Positions 46,873-54,931 of a stretch of 64,000 nt of DNA are shown one piece after another. A program made the position numbers and the translations under genes. The notes below the pieces were generated by a model. It searched no databases. It was not told the DNA's origin and saw only the letters and a list, made by a program, of their open reading frames with translations. Every line of letters begins with the position of its first letter. Positions within the stretch are counted from its first letter, which is position 1. The stretch is from an archaeon (GTDB lineage: Archaea; Iainarchaeota; Iainarchaeia; Iainarchaeales; JAAZKV01), in NCBI GenBank assembly GCA_041659525.1, contig JBAZYC010000001.1, forward strand, positions 321,775 through 385,774, given 5' to 3'.

Positions 46873-48204
46873 TTATCTAGGAAGAGTATGTCCCCAAGTT
46901 TTGAGTGCTTCTTTTAGTGCAGGACAAGTTTTTGCTTTTTCTTCTACACTTATTTTCTCTAAATAAGCTTCTACTGCAGCCCTCATTGCAACTGCTCCAG
47001 CGTGACTTCCTTTAGGATGTCCATGTACCCCCCCACCAAGTTGAATCATTATGTTTGTTCCAAACATTTTGAATATTTGATCCACTATTCCAGGGTGTAG
47101 TCCTCCGCTTGATACGGGGAACACTGGTTTTAATCCACTCCAATCTTGAGCAAGAGTGTGTTCTCTCATATTTTCTTTTGTCTTAGTGGCAGTTAACTCT
47201 TGTTGGCATTGTAGTACTTCATCTCTTGGGCTAACTAATTTTCCAATGCTTGTTCCAATGTGTAATTGATCTACTCCAATTAGTCTTGAGAGTTTTGAAA
47301 CGCAGTTCATTGAGAAACCGTGGTCAGGGTCTCTAGTCATTGCCCCATGCATTGCTCTATGAGCGTGTATTGCAAGTCCTAAGTCTTCACATTCTTCTCT
47401 TAGAGAATTTACTGCAGTCCAACCTGATGCAATGATATCAATCATTACGTATTCTCCGCCCATTTTTTTTACGTACCGTGCTCTGTCAAGCATTTCTTCT
47501 ACAGTGGGCGCAGTTACATTAATCAAGTAAGATTTTTTTTCCCCAGTTTCTTTTTCTGCTTTGTCTCTCATCTTCAAAGATTTTTCTACTCTTTTTTTGA
47601 ATGGATTAAATTTTTGGTTAGTTAAATTTTCATCATCTTTTAGTAAATCTAGTCCGCCTGTCCAAATATCATATCCTACTTGGGCATGTTCTTCAGTAGT
47701 CATTCCTACTTTTGGTTTTGCAACACTAAGCATCAATGGTCTTTTTTCTTCATTGAATATTTTTCTTATTCCCACAATTCCTTTTTTTGGTCCGCGGTAT
47801 TTTTTCACCATGTTTTTTGAAAATACAATATCTTGTAATCGAAGTCCGTCAACTGCTTTCATTCCAAAAACATTTCCAGCAATTGAAGCTAGTATTTGGC
47901 TTGGATTTTCTTGTTCAAAGTGATCTTCTGGGTAAGCAATTTTTATCCAATAACCTGCAGGAGTGTGTTCTACGCTGTATACTTTTGCAGCAACTTTTCT
48001 TACGTGTGGGTACTTTGCCCAAATATCTAAATCGGTCCAAGTTCCTACACTTGATTCGCTAGCAACTGCTCCAAATGCGCGTTCTGGAGTCTCCCATTCT
48101 GGTACTTTTACTTTGAATACTGCGAGCACATCTTTGTTATTAGGTTTGTACCCTAAATCAACAAAATCTTCATATCCAGCCATTTTTACATCACCTAAGA
48201 TCAA
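46873..48204 (-). CDS. rbcL: Ribulose-1,5-bisphosphate carboxylase large subunit, archaeal form III type
   Basis: 443-aa ORF with GYKPNNKDVLAVFKV, SESSVGTWT, AKPKVGMT, DLLKDDENLT (carbamylated Lys context), HAHRAMHGAM and GGGVHGHP. No small-subunit gene is present. Confidence 0.93.
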   Translation of the reverse strand: MILGDVKMAGYEDFVDLGYKPNNKDVLAVFKVKVPEWETPERAFGAVASESSVGTWTDLDIWAKYPHVRKVAAKVYSVEHTPAGYWIKIAYPEDHFEQENPSQILASIAGNVFGMKAVDGLRLQDIVFSKNMVKKYRGPKKGIVGIRKIFNEEKRPLMLSVAKPKVGMTTEEHAQVGYDIWTGGLDLLKDDENLTNQKFNPFKKRVEKSLKMRDKAEKETGEKKSYLINVTAPTVEEMLDRARYVKKMGGEYVMIDIIASGWTAVNSLREECEDLGLAIHAHRAMHGAMTRDPDHGFSMNCVSKLSRLIGVDQLHIGTSIGKLVSPRDEVLQCQQELTATKTKENMREHTLAQDWSGLKPVFPVSSGGLHPGIVDQIFKMFGTNIMIQLGGGVHGHPKGSHAGAVAMRAAVEAYLEKISVEEKAKTCPALKEALKTWGHTLPR

Positions 48205-48271
48205 AGTAATTACTTCGCTTTGATTAGGGAGTTAGGGTATAAAAAAGTTTTCTTTTAGTTAGAAGAAATTT

Positions 48272-48296
48272 CAAGCTAGGTTTTGGGCCTAGCTTG
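48272..48296 (-). terminator. Hairpin after the FKBP gene
   Basis: Perfect 9-bp stem caagctagg/cctagcttg with a 7-nt loop. A moderately T-rich tract follows on the minus strand. Confidence 0.4.
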
Positions 48297-48363
48297 TAAA
48301 TCTAAAAGTTATTTTTTCTTAGACAAAGCAAATCATTAGATTTGCGGGACCCAGAAAAAATCA

Positions 48364-49317
48364 CTATTTTTTCTTTGGTCGTTGTATTGTTGTTGCTGAG
48401 TCTCTTGATACATCAAAACTTCCAGATTTCTTTCCACCCTTGATTTCATCAGCTATTTGGTGAATACTTTTAGGCTTGTCCTCGTCAGAGGATGCAGGTG
48501 CTTTTTCCTCTTCTTCTTTCTCTTCATGTTCATGGTGATCATGGTTGCAATTAGGTCCGTGGTGGTGCACATGAGCATTATCTTCATGGTTGCAGTTTGG
48601 TCCGTGAACGTGTGCTTGTTCAGTAACTTGTGGATTTGCTTTTGATCCTTCAACTTTTACAATTCCTTCTTTGAATTCTATTTGTAAGTCAAAGTCTTTT
48701 GCAAGTTCTTTAATTGCTTCATTTACTTGGCTCAAATTTTTCAAAAAATCTCCAGATGCAGTGATTATCATTTTTCCTTCTGTATAATCATGTTTTGTTC
48801 CTGGAATTCTAGAATAATATTTTTCGTACATTTTTTGAGCAATTTCTTTTTTGTCCTTAATTTCTTTTACAAGCTCTACGTGGTACTCAACTTCTCTTCC
48901 AGCTAAAGGGTGGTTAAAATCAATTCTTACTCTTCCTGAACTAACACTTTGTACTTTTCCAATTGCATTAGCTATTCTTACAACTAATCCAGGGAAAGGA
49001 TTTATTTTTTGTTCAATAAAATTTTGCAATGGAACTACTCTTAGCATCTCAGCGTTTCTTTCTCCAAAAGCTTCACTTGGAAGTAATTTAACTATTCTTT
49101 TTTCTCCTTCGTTCATTTCATCAATTGCATTTTCAACTTTTTCAAGGAGTTCTTTTTCTCCAACTATAATATCAAGTGGCTTGTATTTTCTGCGTTCGTC
49201 AAATATTCCTGCACTTTTTGCTTCACTTTCAATTGTTGTGTCAAATACTGCGTTTTCTAGAAGTTCTTTTCCAACAAAATTTACACTAACCATTTTTCTT
49301 TTTTTCTTTTCAGCCAT
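48364..49317 (-). CDS. FKBP-type peptidyl-prolyl isomerase (SlyD-like) with His/Cys-rich metal-binding C-terminal region
   Basis: 317-aa ORF with an FKBP core including an insert-in-flap region (FDTT..., RVRIDFNHPLAGREVEYHVELV). The tail HVHGPNCNHEDNAHVHHHGPNCNHDHHEHEEKEEEE follows. Confidence 0.85.
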   Translation of the reverse strand: MAEKKKRKMVSVNFVGKELLENAVFDTTIESEAKSAGIFDERRKYKPLDIIVGEKELLEKVENAIDEMNEGEKRIVKLLPSEAFGERNAEMLRVVPLQNFIEQKINPFPGLVVRIANAIGKVQSVSSGRVRIDFNHPLAGREVEYHVELVKEIKDKKEIAQKMYEKYYSRIPGTKHDYTEGKMIITASGDFLKNLSQVNEAIKELAKDFDLQIEFKEGIVKVEGSKANPQVTEQAHVHGPNCNHEDNAHVHHHGPNCNHDHHEHEEKEEEEKAPASSDEDKPKSIHQIADEIKGGKKSGSFDVSRDSATTIQRPKKK

Positions 49318-49492
49318 TTAAATCCACCCTTCTTGTACCACTTTATTACTAGGCCTCTTTGGCCCAAAGAATATGAATAAGGAGTATTGTTTAAGGTTTT
49401 TAAAGTTGTTTTCCTCCTGCACCTTGTGAAATTTTCCTAAAAGACCAAAGGGAAAAAGCAAGTTTTTAAACGTATTTTAGTTTCTCTTTATT

Positions 49493-50227
49493 ATGGATAA
49501 GCAAACAATTGTAAAGTACTTAGGAATTTTGGTTTTAGTAGTAATGGCTTTTAGTATGCTTGCAGCAGGAATGCTTTCTGCAAACAGATCAGCTAGCGAT
49601 ACTAGTACTGACCCTCTTCCTCAAGCAAAAGACAACCCATTTGATTATACTTTAACTTTTGATGCTAATGCGATTAAGGAACTTAGTTCTGCTAGATTTG
49701 GTGGATTAACTACTGAGACTGATAAGAGTTTGATTGATAGCGCAGTTTTGAAAGTAGAAGGAGTTTCTAAAGTTACTTCTAAATTTTCAAAAACTAGTCT
49801 TGATGCAAATAATTGGGTTTACTTAGCTGAACTTACAGTAAAAAAAGGTTTTGATGTTGTTAGTGTTACTCAAAAAATTTCTGATTTGAATTTCTTTGAG
49901 AAAGAAAATTTCCAAGCAATGAAATACATGACTATTAGTGTTCCTTCTTATATAATGCTTCATAATATTGATTTGAATATTGATAGAAACTTTTCTTTCC
50001 CAACAGCTACTAGTTATTCTTTAGTTGGAACAAGTACTGCTAGTGGAGACGAAATTGTTGTTAATGGACAAATAACTGTTCAAGGAAGTGCTGTTCTTGC
50101 ACTTGAGTTAATTGAAAGTACTAATAAGACTCAAGAAAGAGCAATGCAAGAATACCTTAACCAATTACAATTAGATCAAAACATTACAGTGGATACTAAC
50201 GCTGCTGTTGATACTAATTTGTCTTAA
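49493..50227 (+). CDS. N-terminally anchored extracytoplasmic protein (unknown function)
   Basis: 244-aa ORF with one N-terminal TM helix (YLGILVLVVMAFSMLAAGML). It ends in a VDTNAA-VDTNLS duplication. Confidence 0.45.
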   Translation: MDKQTIVKYLGILVLVVMAFSMLAAGMLSANRSASDTSTDPLPQAKDNPFDYTLTFDANAIKELSSARFGGLTTETDKSLIDSAVLKVEGVSKVTSKFSKTSLDANNWVYLAELTVKKGFDVVSVTQKISDLNFFEKENFQAMKYMTISVPSYIMLHNIDLNIDRNFSFPTATSYSLVGTSTASGDEIVVNGQITVQGSAVLALELIESTNKTQERAMQEYLNQLQLDQNITVDTNAAVDTNLS

Positions 50228-50371
50228 TTGATTTAATTTCAACTCAGTTCTTTATCATAAAATTTCTTTTCTTTAATCATAAACCTCTTTTATCTAATCT
50301 AAACCCCTAATTTCTAATCTGGTTCGTTCAAAGGAAAAGGATTTAATACCCAAAAACACTATATTTCTACT

Positions 50372-50887
50372 ATGAATGGTAAAATCAGCGCACTGGTATT
50401 TGCAGTACTTGCATTAGCATTACTCTCAATCTCTGGTTGTGTTACCCCAGTTGATGAGCAAAAGAACTTTGATGCTTTAGCAAAACTTCAAACCACTTAT
50501 TTAGTAAAAACAGGTTTTTCTTCTAACCTTTCTACTATGAGCGATTACATTAATTTGCTTTCTGAATTAAAATCTAAAACTAGTGGTAGTGCTGGAAAAG
50601 TTATTGAAGCAGAACTATATTCAGCTCAAACATTTTACTATTACAACAAAGCTCTTGTTGATTCCACTTCAATTGATTATCAAAAAATGAGTTGTTCTTC
50701 TACCGCAACTAAATCAACTATTTCCTCAATTACTCTTGCAAATGATTACGCTACAAAAGCAACTACTGCATTAAGCGGTTTGTTTGAAAATGAAAAAGAT
50801 AAATTAAGAGCAAATCAACTTGAAACAGTAAAAGGTTATGCTGAACAAATAACCCAAATACAAAAGTTCTTTGCAGATAAATGCTAA
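50372..50887 (+). CDS. Lipobox protein (unknown function)
   Basis: 171-aa ORF with signal ALVFAVLALALLSISGC-VTP and a helical remainder ending in Cys. Confidence 0.5.
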   Translation: MNGKISALVFAVLALALLSISGCVTPVDEQKNFDALAKLQTTYLVKTGFSSNLSTMSDYINLLSELKSKTSGSAGKVIEAELYSAQTFYYYNKALVDSTSIDYQKMSCSSTATKSTISSITLANDYATKATTALSGLFENEKDKLRANQLETVKGYAEQITQIQKFFADKC

Positions 50888-50917
50888 TTATTAAAAAAAA
50901 CAAATAAAAAACTAAGT

Positions 50918-51601
50918 GTGGCTTTACTAATACTTATGAAAGAAGAAAGTTTTGATAAAAACGAATTTCTCAAAAAAGGAGCTGAGGCGCAATTAGTTTT
51001 AGAACAAGCTCAAGACGGATTTGTGTTATCAAAAAAAAGAATAATGAAGAATTATCGTAACCCTAAACTTGATCTTAAGATAAGAACTACTCGTACGCGC
51101 TCGGAAGCTAAAATTCTAAAAGAACTTTGGAACAGTATGAACGTCCCTAAATTAATTAAGGTGGATGAAAAGAAAGCTGAAATATTAATGGAATTTATTC
51201 AGGGAAAACGATTGAAAGAAGTAATTGAAAAAAATCCCGCTCTTTGCACCCAAGCAGGAAAGCAAATAAAAAAACTCCACAATTTAGGAATAATTCACGG
51301 TGATTTAACTACTTCAAATATTATTTTTGTTGATCCAAAAGATAAAGAAATAAAAAAGAATAAAGATTTGCTTGAAAGAATTAAGAAAAAAGGTTCTTTG
51401 TTTTTCATTGACTTTGGACTTGGGTTTTATTCTAAAAAAGAAGAGGACAGGGCAACGGATTTAGTAGTTTTTAAGAAAACTTTTAACGCTACTCACTCAA
51501 AAATCAAGAACGGATGGACCCTTGTTCTAAAAGGATACGCCCCAAGTAAAGAGCTGACTGAAAGAATGAGCGCGATTGAGAAACGAGCAAGATATCACTA
51601 G
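50918..51601 (+). CDS. bud32: KEOPS complex kinase/ATPase Bud32
   Basis: 227-aa ORF with GAEAQL, RTRSEAKIL, the catalytic IIHGDLTTSNIIF and IDFGLG. No kae1 gene is adjacent or fused. Confidence 0.85.
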   Translation: MALLILMKEESFDKNEFLKKGAEAQLVLEQAQDGFVLSKKRIMKNYRNPKLDLKIRTTRTRSEAKILKELWNSMNVPKLIKVDEKKAEILMEFIQGKRLKEVIEKNPALCTQAGKQIKKLHNLGIIHGDLTTSNIIFVDPKDKEIKKNKDLLERIKKKGSLFFIDFGLGFYSKKEEDRATDLVVFKKTFNATHSKIKNGWTLVLKGYAPSKELTERMSAIEKRARYH

Positions 51602-51673
51602 TTGCTTTCGCATCACAATTGAATATTGCATTAACTCCCTAATTTACTAATTTTCAAAACCTTTGGAGCAACC

Positions 51674-51681
51674 TTTATAAA
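51674..51681 (+). promoter_or_regulatory. TATA-box candidate (TTTATAAA) upstream of rps15
   Basis: The octamer lies ~140 nt upstream of the ATG at 51821. Two hairpins (ttgcaaa...tttgcaa and ccgaaa...tttcgg) fall in the predicted leader. Confidence 0.3.
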
Positions 51682-51820
51682 CATTCTTTTTACTAAAATG
51701 ATTATTAGTTGCAAATCAAAGGGTTTGCAAAGCATTGATTTTTTGGTTCTTTCCTACGCCGAAAGTAAAAGGTTTTCGGGTTTGGACGGTTAAATTTGAA
51801 ATAGTTATAGTGTGATTGTT

Positions 51821-52237
51821 ATGGCTAAAAAGAGTACTACAAAGGCAGAAAGTAAAGCAGGACTAAGTAGACAAGAACTTGAAGAACAGGTTGTTTCTCT
51901 TTCTAATGCTGGACATAGTCCAAGCAAAATTGGTTTAATTCTTAGAGACGAACACGATATTAAGAACTTTTCAGAAGAAACAGGCAAAACTATTCAACAA
52001 GTACTAAGAGAGAATGACTTAATTGGAGAAATCCCTGAAGACTTACTAAATTTAATTAGAAGAAGTGTTGTTTTATCAAACCACATGAATAAGAACAAGA
52101 AAGATTACTCAGCTAAAAGAGGATACGAACTTACAGTTTCAAAAATAAGAAGACTAACTAAATATTACGCAAAGAAAAGTAAAATACCTGCTGGATGGCG
52201 TTATACTCCTGAAGAAGCAGCTTTGTTAGTAAAGTAA
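51821..52237 (+). CDS. rps15: 30S ribosomal protein uS15 (S13e type)
   Basis: MAKKSTTK...HSPSKIGLILRDEH...NLIRRSVVLSNHMNKNKKDYSAKRGYELTVSKIRRLTKYY. The ATG at 51821 is preferred over the GTG at 51812 used in the ORF track. Confidence 0.9.
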   Translation: MAKKSTTKAESKAGLSRQELEEQVVSLSNAGHSPSKIGLILRDEHDIKNFSEETGKTIQQVLRENDLIGEIPEDLLNLIRRSVVLSNHMNKNKKDYSAKRGYELTVSKIRRLTKYYAKKSKIPAGWRYTPEEAALLVK

Positions 52238-52247
52238 TGTGAGGATT

Positions 52248-52352
52248 ATGAAGATTAAAGCCAAGCTTTTAGAGAACAAGAAAATTGTTTTCGAGGGCGA
52301 GGGAATTGAAGTTTTAGAAAAAATTGATAAAATGTTAACACACGGTGAATGA
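52248..52352 (+). CDS. Candidate 34-aa small protein between rps15 and rps3ae
   Basis: It reads MKIKAKLLENKKIVFEGEGIEVLEKIDKMLTHGE. GTGAGG lies 4-9 nt upstream of the ATG, and the TGA stop ends 1 nt before the eS1 ATG, a translational-coupling geometry. No family was recognised. Confidence 0.35.
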   Translation: MKIKAKLLENKKIVFEGEGIEVLEKIDKMLTHGE

Positions 52353-52353
52353 G

Positions 52354-52953
52354 ATGGCTGAACAAACAAAAGCACAGAAAGCTAGTGCAGCAAGAAAGAC
52401 AGTTGATAAATGGAAAAAGAAAAAGTGGTTCAACGTTTTATCTTCAAAAGTTTTTGATAAAAAGCCTTTAGGAGAAACACCTGGTGAAAAACCAAAGAAC
52501 ATAATGGGTAGAACTTTCAAATGTACTCTTGATATTGTTACTGGTCAAAGAACTAAAAGAGATTATATGATGTCATTTAAAATTAACGATATCCAAGGAC
52601 AAACAGCTTCAACTGTTATAAGCGAATTTGTTGTAAACAAAGGAACTCTTGGAAGAACTATTAGACGAAGAAACTCAAAAGTTGCTCTTGTTAAAAGAAT
52701 TCCTGTTGTTGGCGGAGAAGCAATGACTACTATAGTAGTTGTTACTGACAGAAAAGCTACTAACGCACAAAAAACTGGTATTAGAGAAATGATTGAAACT
52801 CAAGTTAAAACTTTACACGGAAGAGACTTTGAAGTATTAGTTCAAGAATTATTACTTGGAAGTTTTTCAAACGAGTTATACAAAATGGCTAGTAAAGTTT
52901 GCCCAATAAAGAAAGTAATAGTTTCAAAATCAACATTCTTTGAATCAAAATAA
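52354..52953 (+). CDS. rps3ae: 30S ribosomal protein eS1 (S3Ae)
   Basis: KWKKKKWFNVLSSKVFDKKPLGET...GRTFKCTL..., with length and layout typical of archaeal S3Ae. Confidence 0.9.
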   Translation: MAEQTKAQKASAARKTVDKWKKKKWFNVLSSKVFDKKPLGETPGEKPKNIMGRTFKCTLDIVTGQRTKRDYMMSFKINDIQGQTASTVISEFVVNKGTLGRTIRRRNSKVALVKRIPVVGGEAMTTIVVVTDRKATNAQKTGIREMIETQVKTLHGRDFEVLVQELLLGSFSNELYKMASKVCPIKKVIVSKSTFFESK

Positions 52954-52965
52954 GGGAATGATTTA

Positions 52966-53676
52966 ATGGCTCTAAACGATCCATTGGAACTAATTCTAAT
53001 ACTAATCTTTCTGGCAGCGTTTTCTATATTTTCTTACAAAAAGAAACTACTTGACTTTGAAGGAATACTAATTGCTAATGCTGTAGGACTTGCAGCAATA
53101 ACTTATGGACCAAATCCATTAGTAGATTTTGGAATAGTTGTAGTATTTTTTATCCTCGGGGAAATTGCAAGTAATTTTCCAAGAAAGAAACATGAGAGAA
53201 GAAATATTTGGAACGTAATAGGAAATTCTCTTCCTGCACTAATTGTTTTAGTTGGAATAATTTTCTTTCCCCAGTACTCTGTTTTAATTGAACTAGGTTT
53301 CTTTGGAGCAATAGCTGCTGCACTCGCAGACACATTATCTTCAGAAGTTGGATATTATTCAAAATCCACTCCTATAATGATTACTACTTTAAAGAAAGTC
53401 CCAAGAGGGACAGATGGAGGAGTAACTCTTTTAGGAGAATTTGCTGCACTAATTGGAGGAGCAGTAATTGCTTTAGTTTATTTTTATATTTACAATAACC
53501 CAATAGCGGCGACATTTGTTTTGCTTGCTGGGTTAGTTGGATCTAATGTTGATTCAATCTTTGGAGCACTATTTGAAACAAAGAAACTAATGAACAACAC
53601 CCACGTGAACATGATTGGTTCTGCTGCAGGTGCAATCTTTTGCTTAGTGTTAGGCTTATTAATTGGAATAAACTAA
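52966..53676 (+). CDS. DUF92/TMEM19-family integral membrane protein
   Basis: 236-aa polytopic ORF with the family-typical ALADTLSSEVG segment and a Gly-rich C-terminal helix pair. Confidence 0.7.
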   Translation: MALNDPLELILILIFLAAFSIFSYKKKLLDFEGILIANAVGLAAITYGPNPLVDFGIVVVFFILGEIASNFPRKKHERRNIWNVIGNSLPALIVLVGIIFFPQYSVLIELGFFGAIAAALADTLSSEVGYYSKSTPIMITTLKKVPRGTDGGVTLLGEFAALIGGAVIALVYFYIYNNPIAATFVLLAGLVGSNVDSIFGALFETKKLMNNTHVNMIGSAAGAIFCLVLGLLIGIN

Positions 53677-53729
53677 AATCTAATTAAATTAAAGATTGAG
53701 TTGAAAAGAGTCTAGCTCGAGTTGATTAA

Positions 53730-54242
53730 ATGGGAATAATAGAAGCAATAATAGTAACTCTTCTTTATGTTGCTCCGCTTTACATTGCTAATTCTTCTCC
53801 AGTAATAGTTCACGGGAAAGTTCCTCTTGATTTAAACAAAAAAATTTTTGGCCAACCTATTTTTGGTAAAGGAAAAACTATGCTAGGAACTTTTGCAGGA
53901 ATTATAGCAGGAACGGGTATTGGAACAATTATTTTTTTATTATTTCCTTTTGTAGAAAACATTATCCCTAATTACTTACAACTTGCTTTCCTCCTTGCTT
54001 TTGGAGCAATAATAGGAGATTTAGCAAAGAGTTTTTTTAAAAGAAGATTTTCAATTAAGAGTGGGGAAAAGTGGGAACTTGCTGATCAATTAGATTTCAT
54101 AGTGGGTGGATTGTTACTTAGTATGTTAATTAGAGTTCCCGAACTTTGGCTTGTAGCACTATTGCTTTTTGCAACTTTCTTCATCCACAAAGTAATGAAT
54201 TGGCTAGCATTCAAATTAAAATTAAAGACCGTTCCTTGGTGA
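53730..54242 (+). CDS. carS: CDP-archaeol synthase
   Basis: 170-aa ORF with YIANSSPV, GKGKTMLGTFAG, GDLAKSFFKRR and ADQLDF motifs typical of CarS (DUF46). Confidence 0.85.
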   Translation: MGIIEAIIVTLLYVAPLYIANSSPVIVHGKVPLDLNKKIFGQPIFGKGKTMLGTFAGIIAGTGIGTIIFLLFPFVENIIPNYLQLAFLLAFGAIIGDLAKSFFKRRFSIKSGEKWELADQLDFIVGGLLLSMLIRVPELWLVALLLFATFFIHKVMNWLAFKLKLKTVPW

Positions 54243-54247
54243 ATTAA

Positions 54248-54823
54248 ATGACTAAAAATAAACTTAACAAAAATAAAAAAGCAAAAACAATTACTAAGAA
54301 AACTAATAAACTTCTTAGAAGTGGTTCTAACTCGACTAAAAAGGCTGCTAATAGAAAAAAAATGTTAGTATTTGCAATAAAATTCTTTGCAATATTTATA
54401 GTTCTGAATTTTTTAATTGAACTAGTTGACCTTTCTTTCTTAACAAACGCAATTACGCAAATCGCAGCAACTATTTTAGGGCTTGATTATTTACTAAATG
54501 TTGTTTATGTGAACAATGGATTGTTTATTGTTTCAAATCTTTGCACTGGACTAGTTAGTGCTAGTATTTTGGCTGCAATTATCTTTTCACTTAACAAACC
54601 AGAACTATCAAAGAAAACTACTTTATTTTTAGCAGGGTTGATAATATTACTAGCAGTAAACATCCCTAGAATAATTTTTGTTTTGTTTGTTGCAAAATAT
54701 GGTTTTGATGCTGAGTTAGTTCACGAACTTACTTGGTTTGTAATGAGTGGATTAGTACTATTGATTTGGTATTATGGTTCTAAAAGATTACTTAAACTAA
54801 AAGAAATTAGTGAACTACTTTAA
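54248..54823 (+). CDS. Exosortase/archaeosortase-family protein (short form)
   Basis: Polytopic ORF 5 nt after the carS stop. Ordered candidate catalytic residues are SNLCTGLVS (Cys), AVNIPRI (Arg) and LVHELTW (His), as in archaeosortases. The first 38 aa are Lys/Asn-rich, and an alternative start is the ATG at 54362. Confidence 0.6.
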   Translation: MTKNKLNKNKKAKTITKKTNKLLRSGSNSTKKAANRKKMLVFAIKFFAIFIVLNFLIELVDLSFLTNAITQIAATILGLDYLLNVVYVNNGLFIVSNLCTGLVSASILAAIIFSLNKPELSKKTTLFLAGLIILLAVNIPRIIFVLFVAKYGFDAELVHELTWFVMSGLVLLIWYYGSKRLLKLKEISELL

Positions 54824-54931
54824 TTAAAAAAAATAACTTTAATTTAGCAACTGCTTTCAAAGCAAATTGTCAAAAAAAGGACTAGTTAACAAAGCATTTG
54901 CTCAATTTCATTGTTAAAACTAGTGGCTTGT

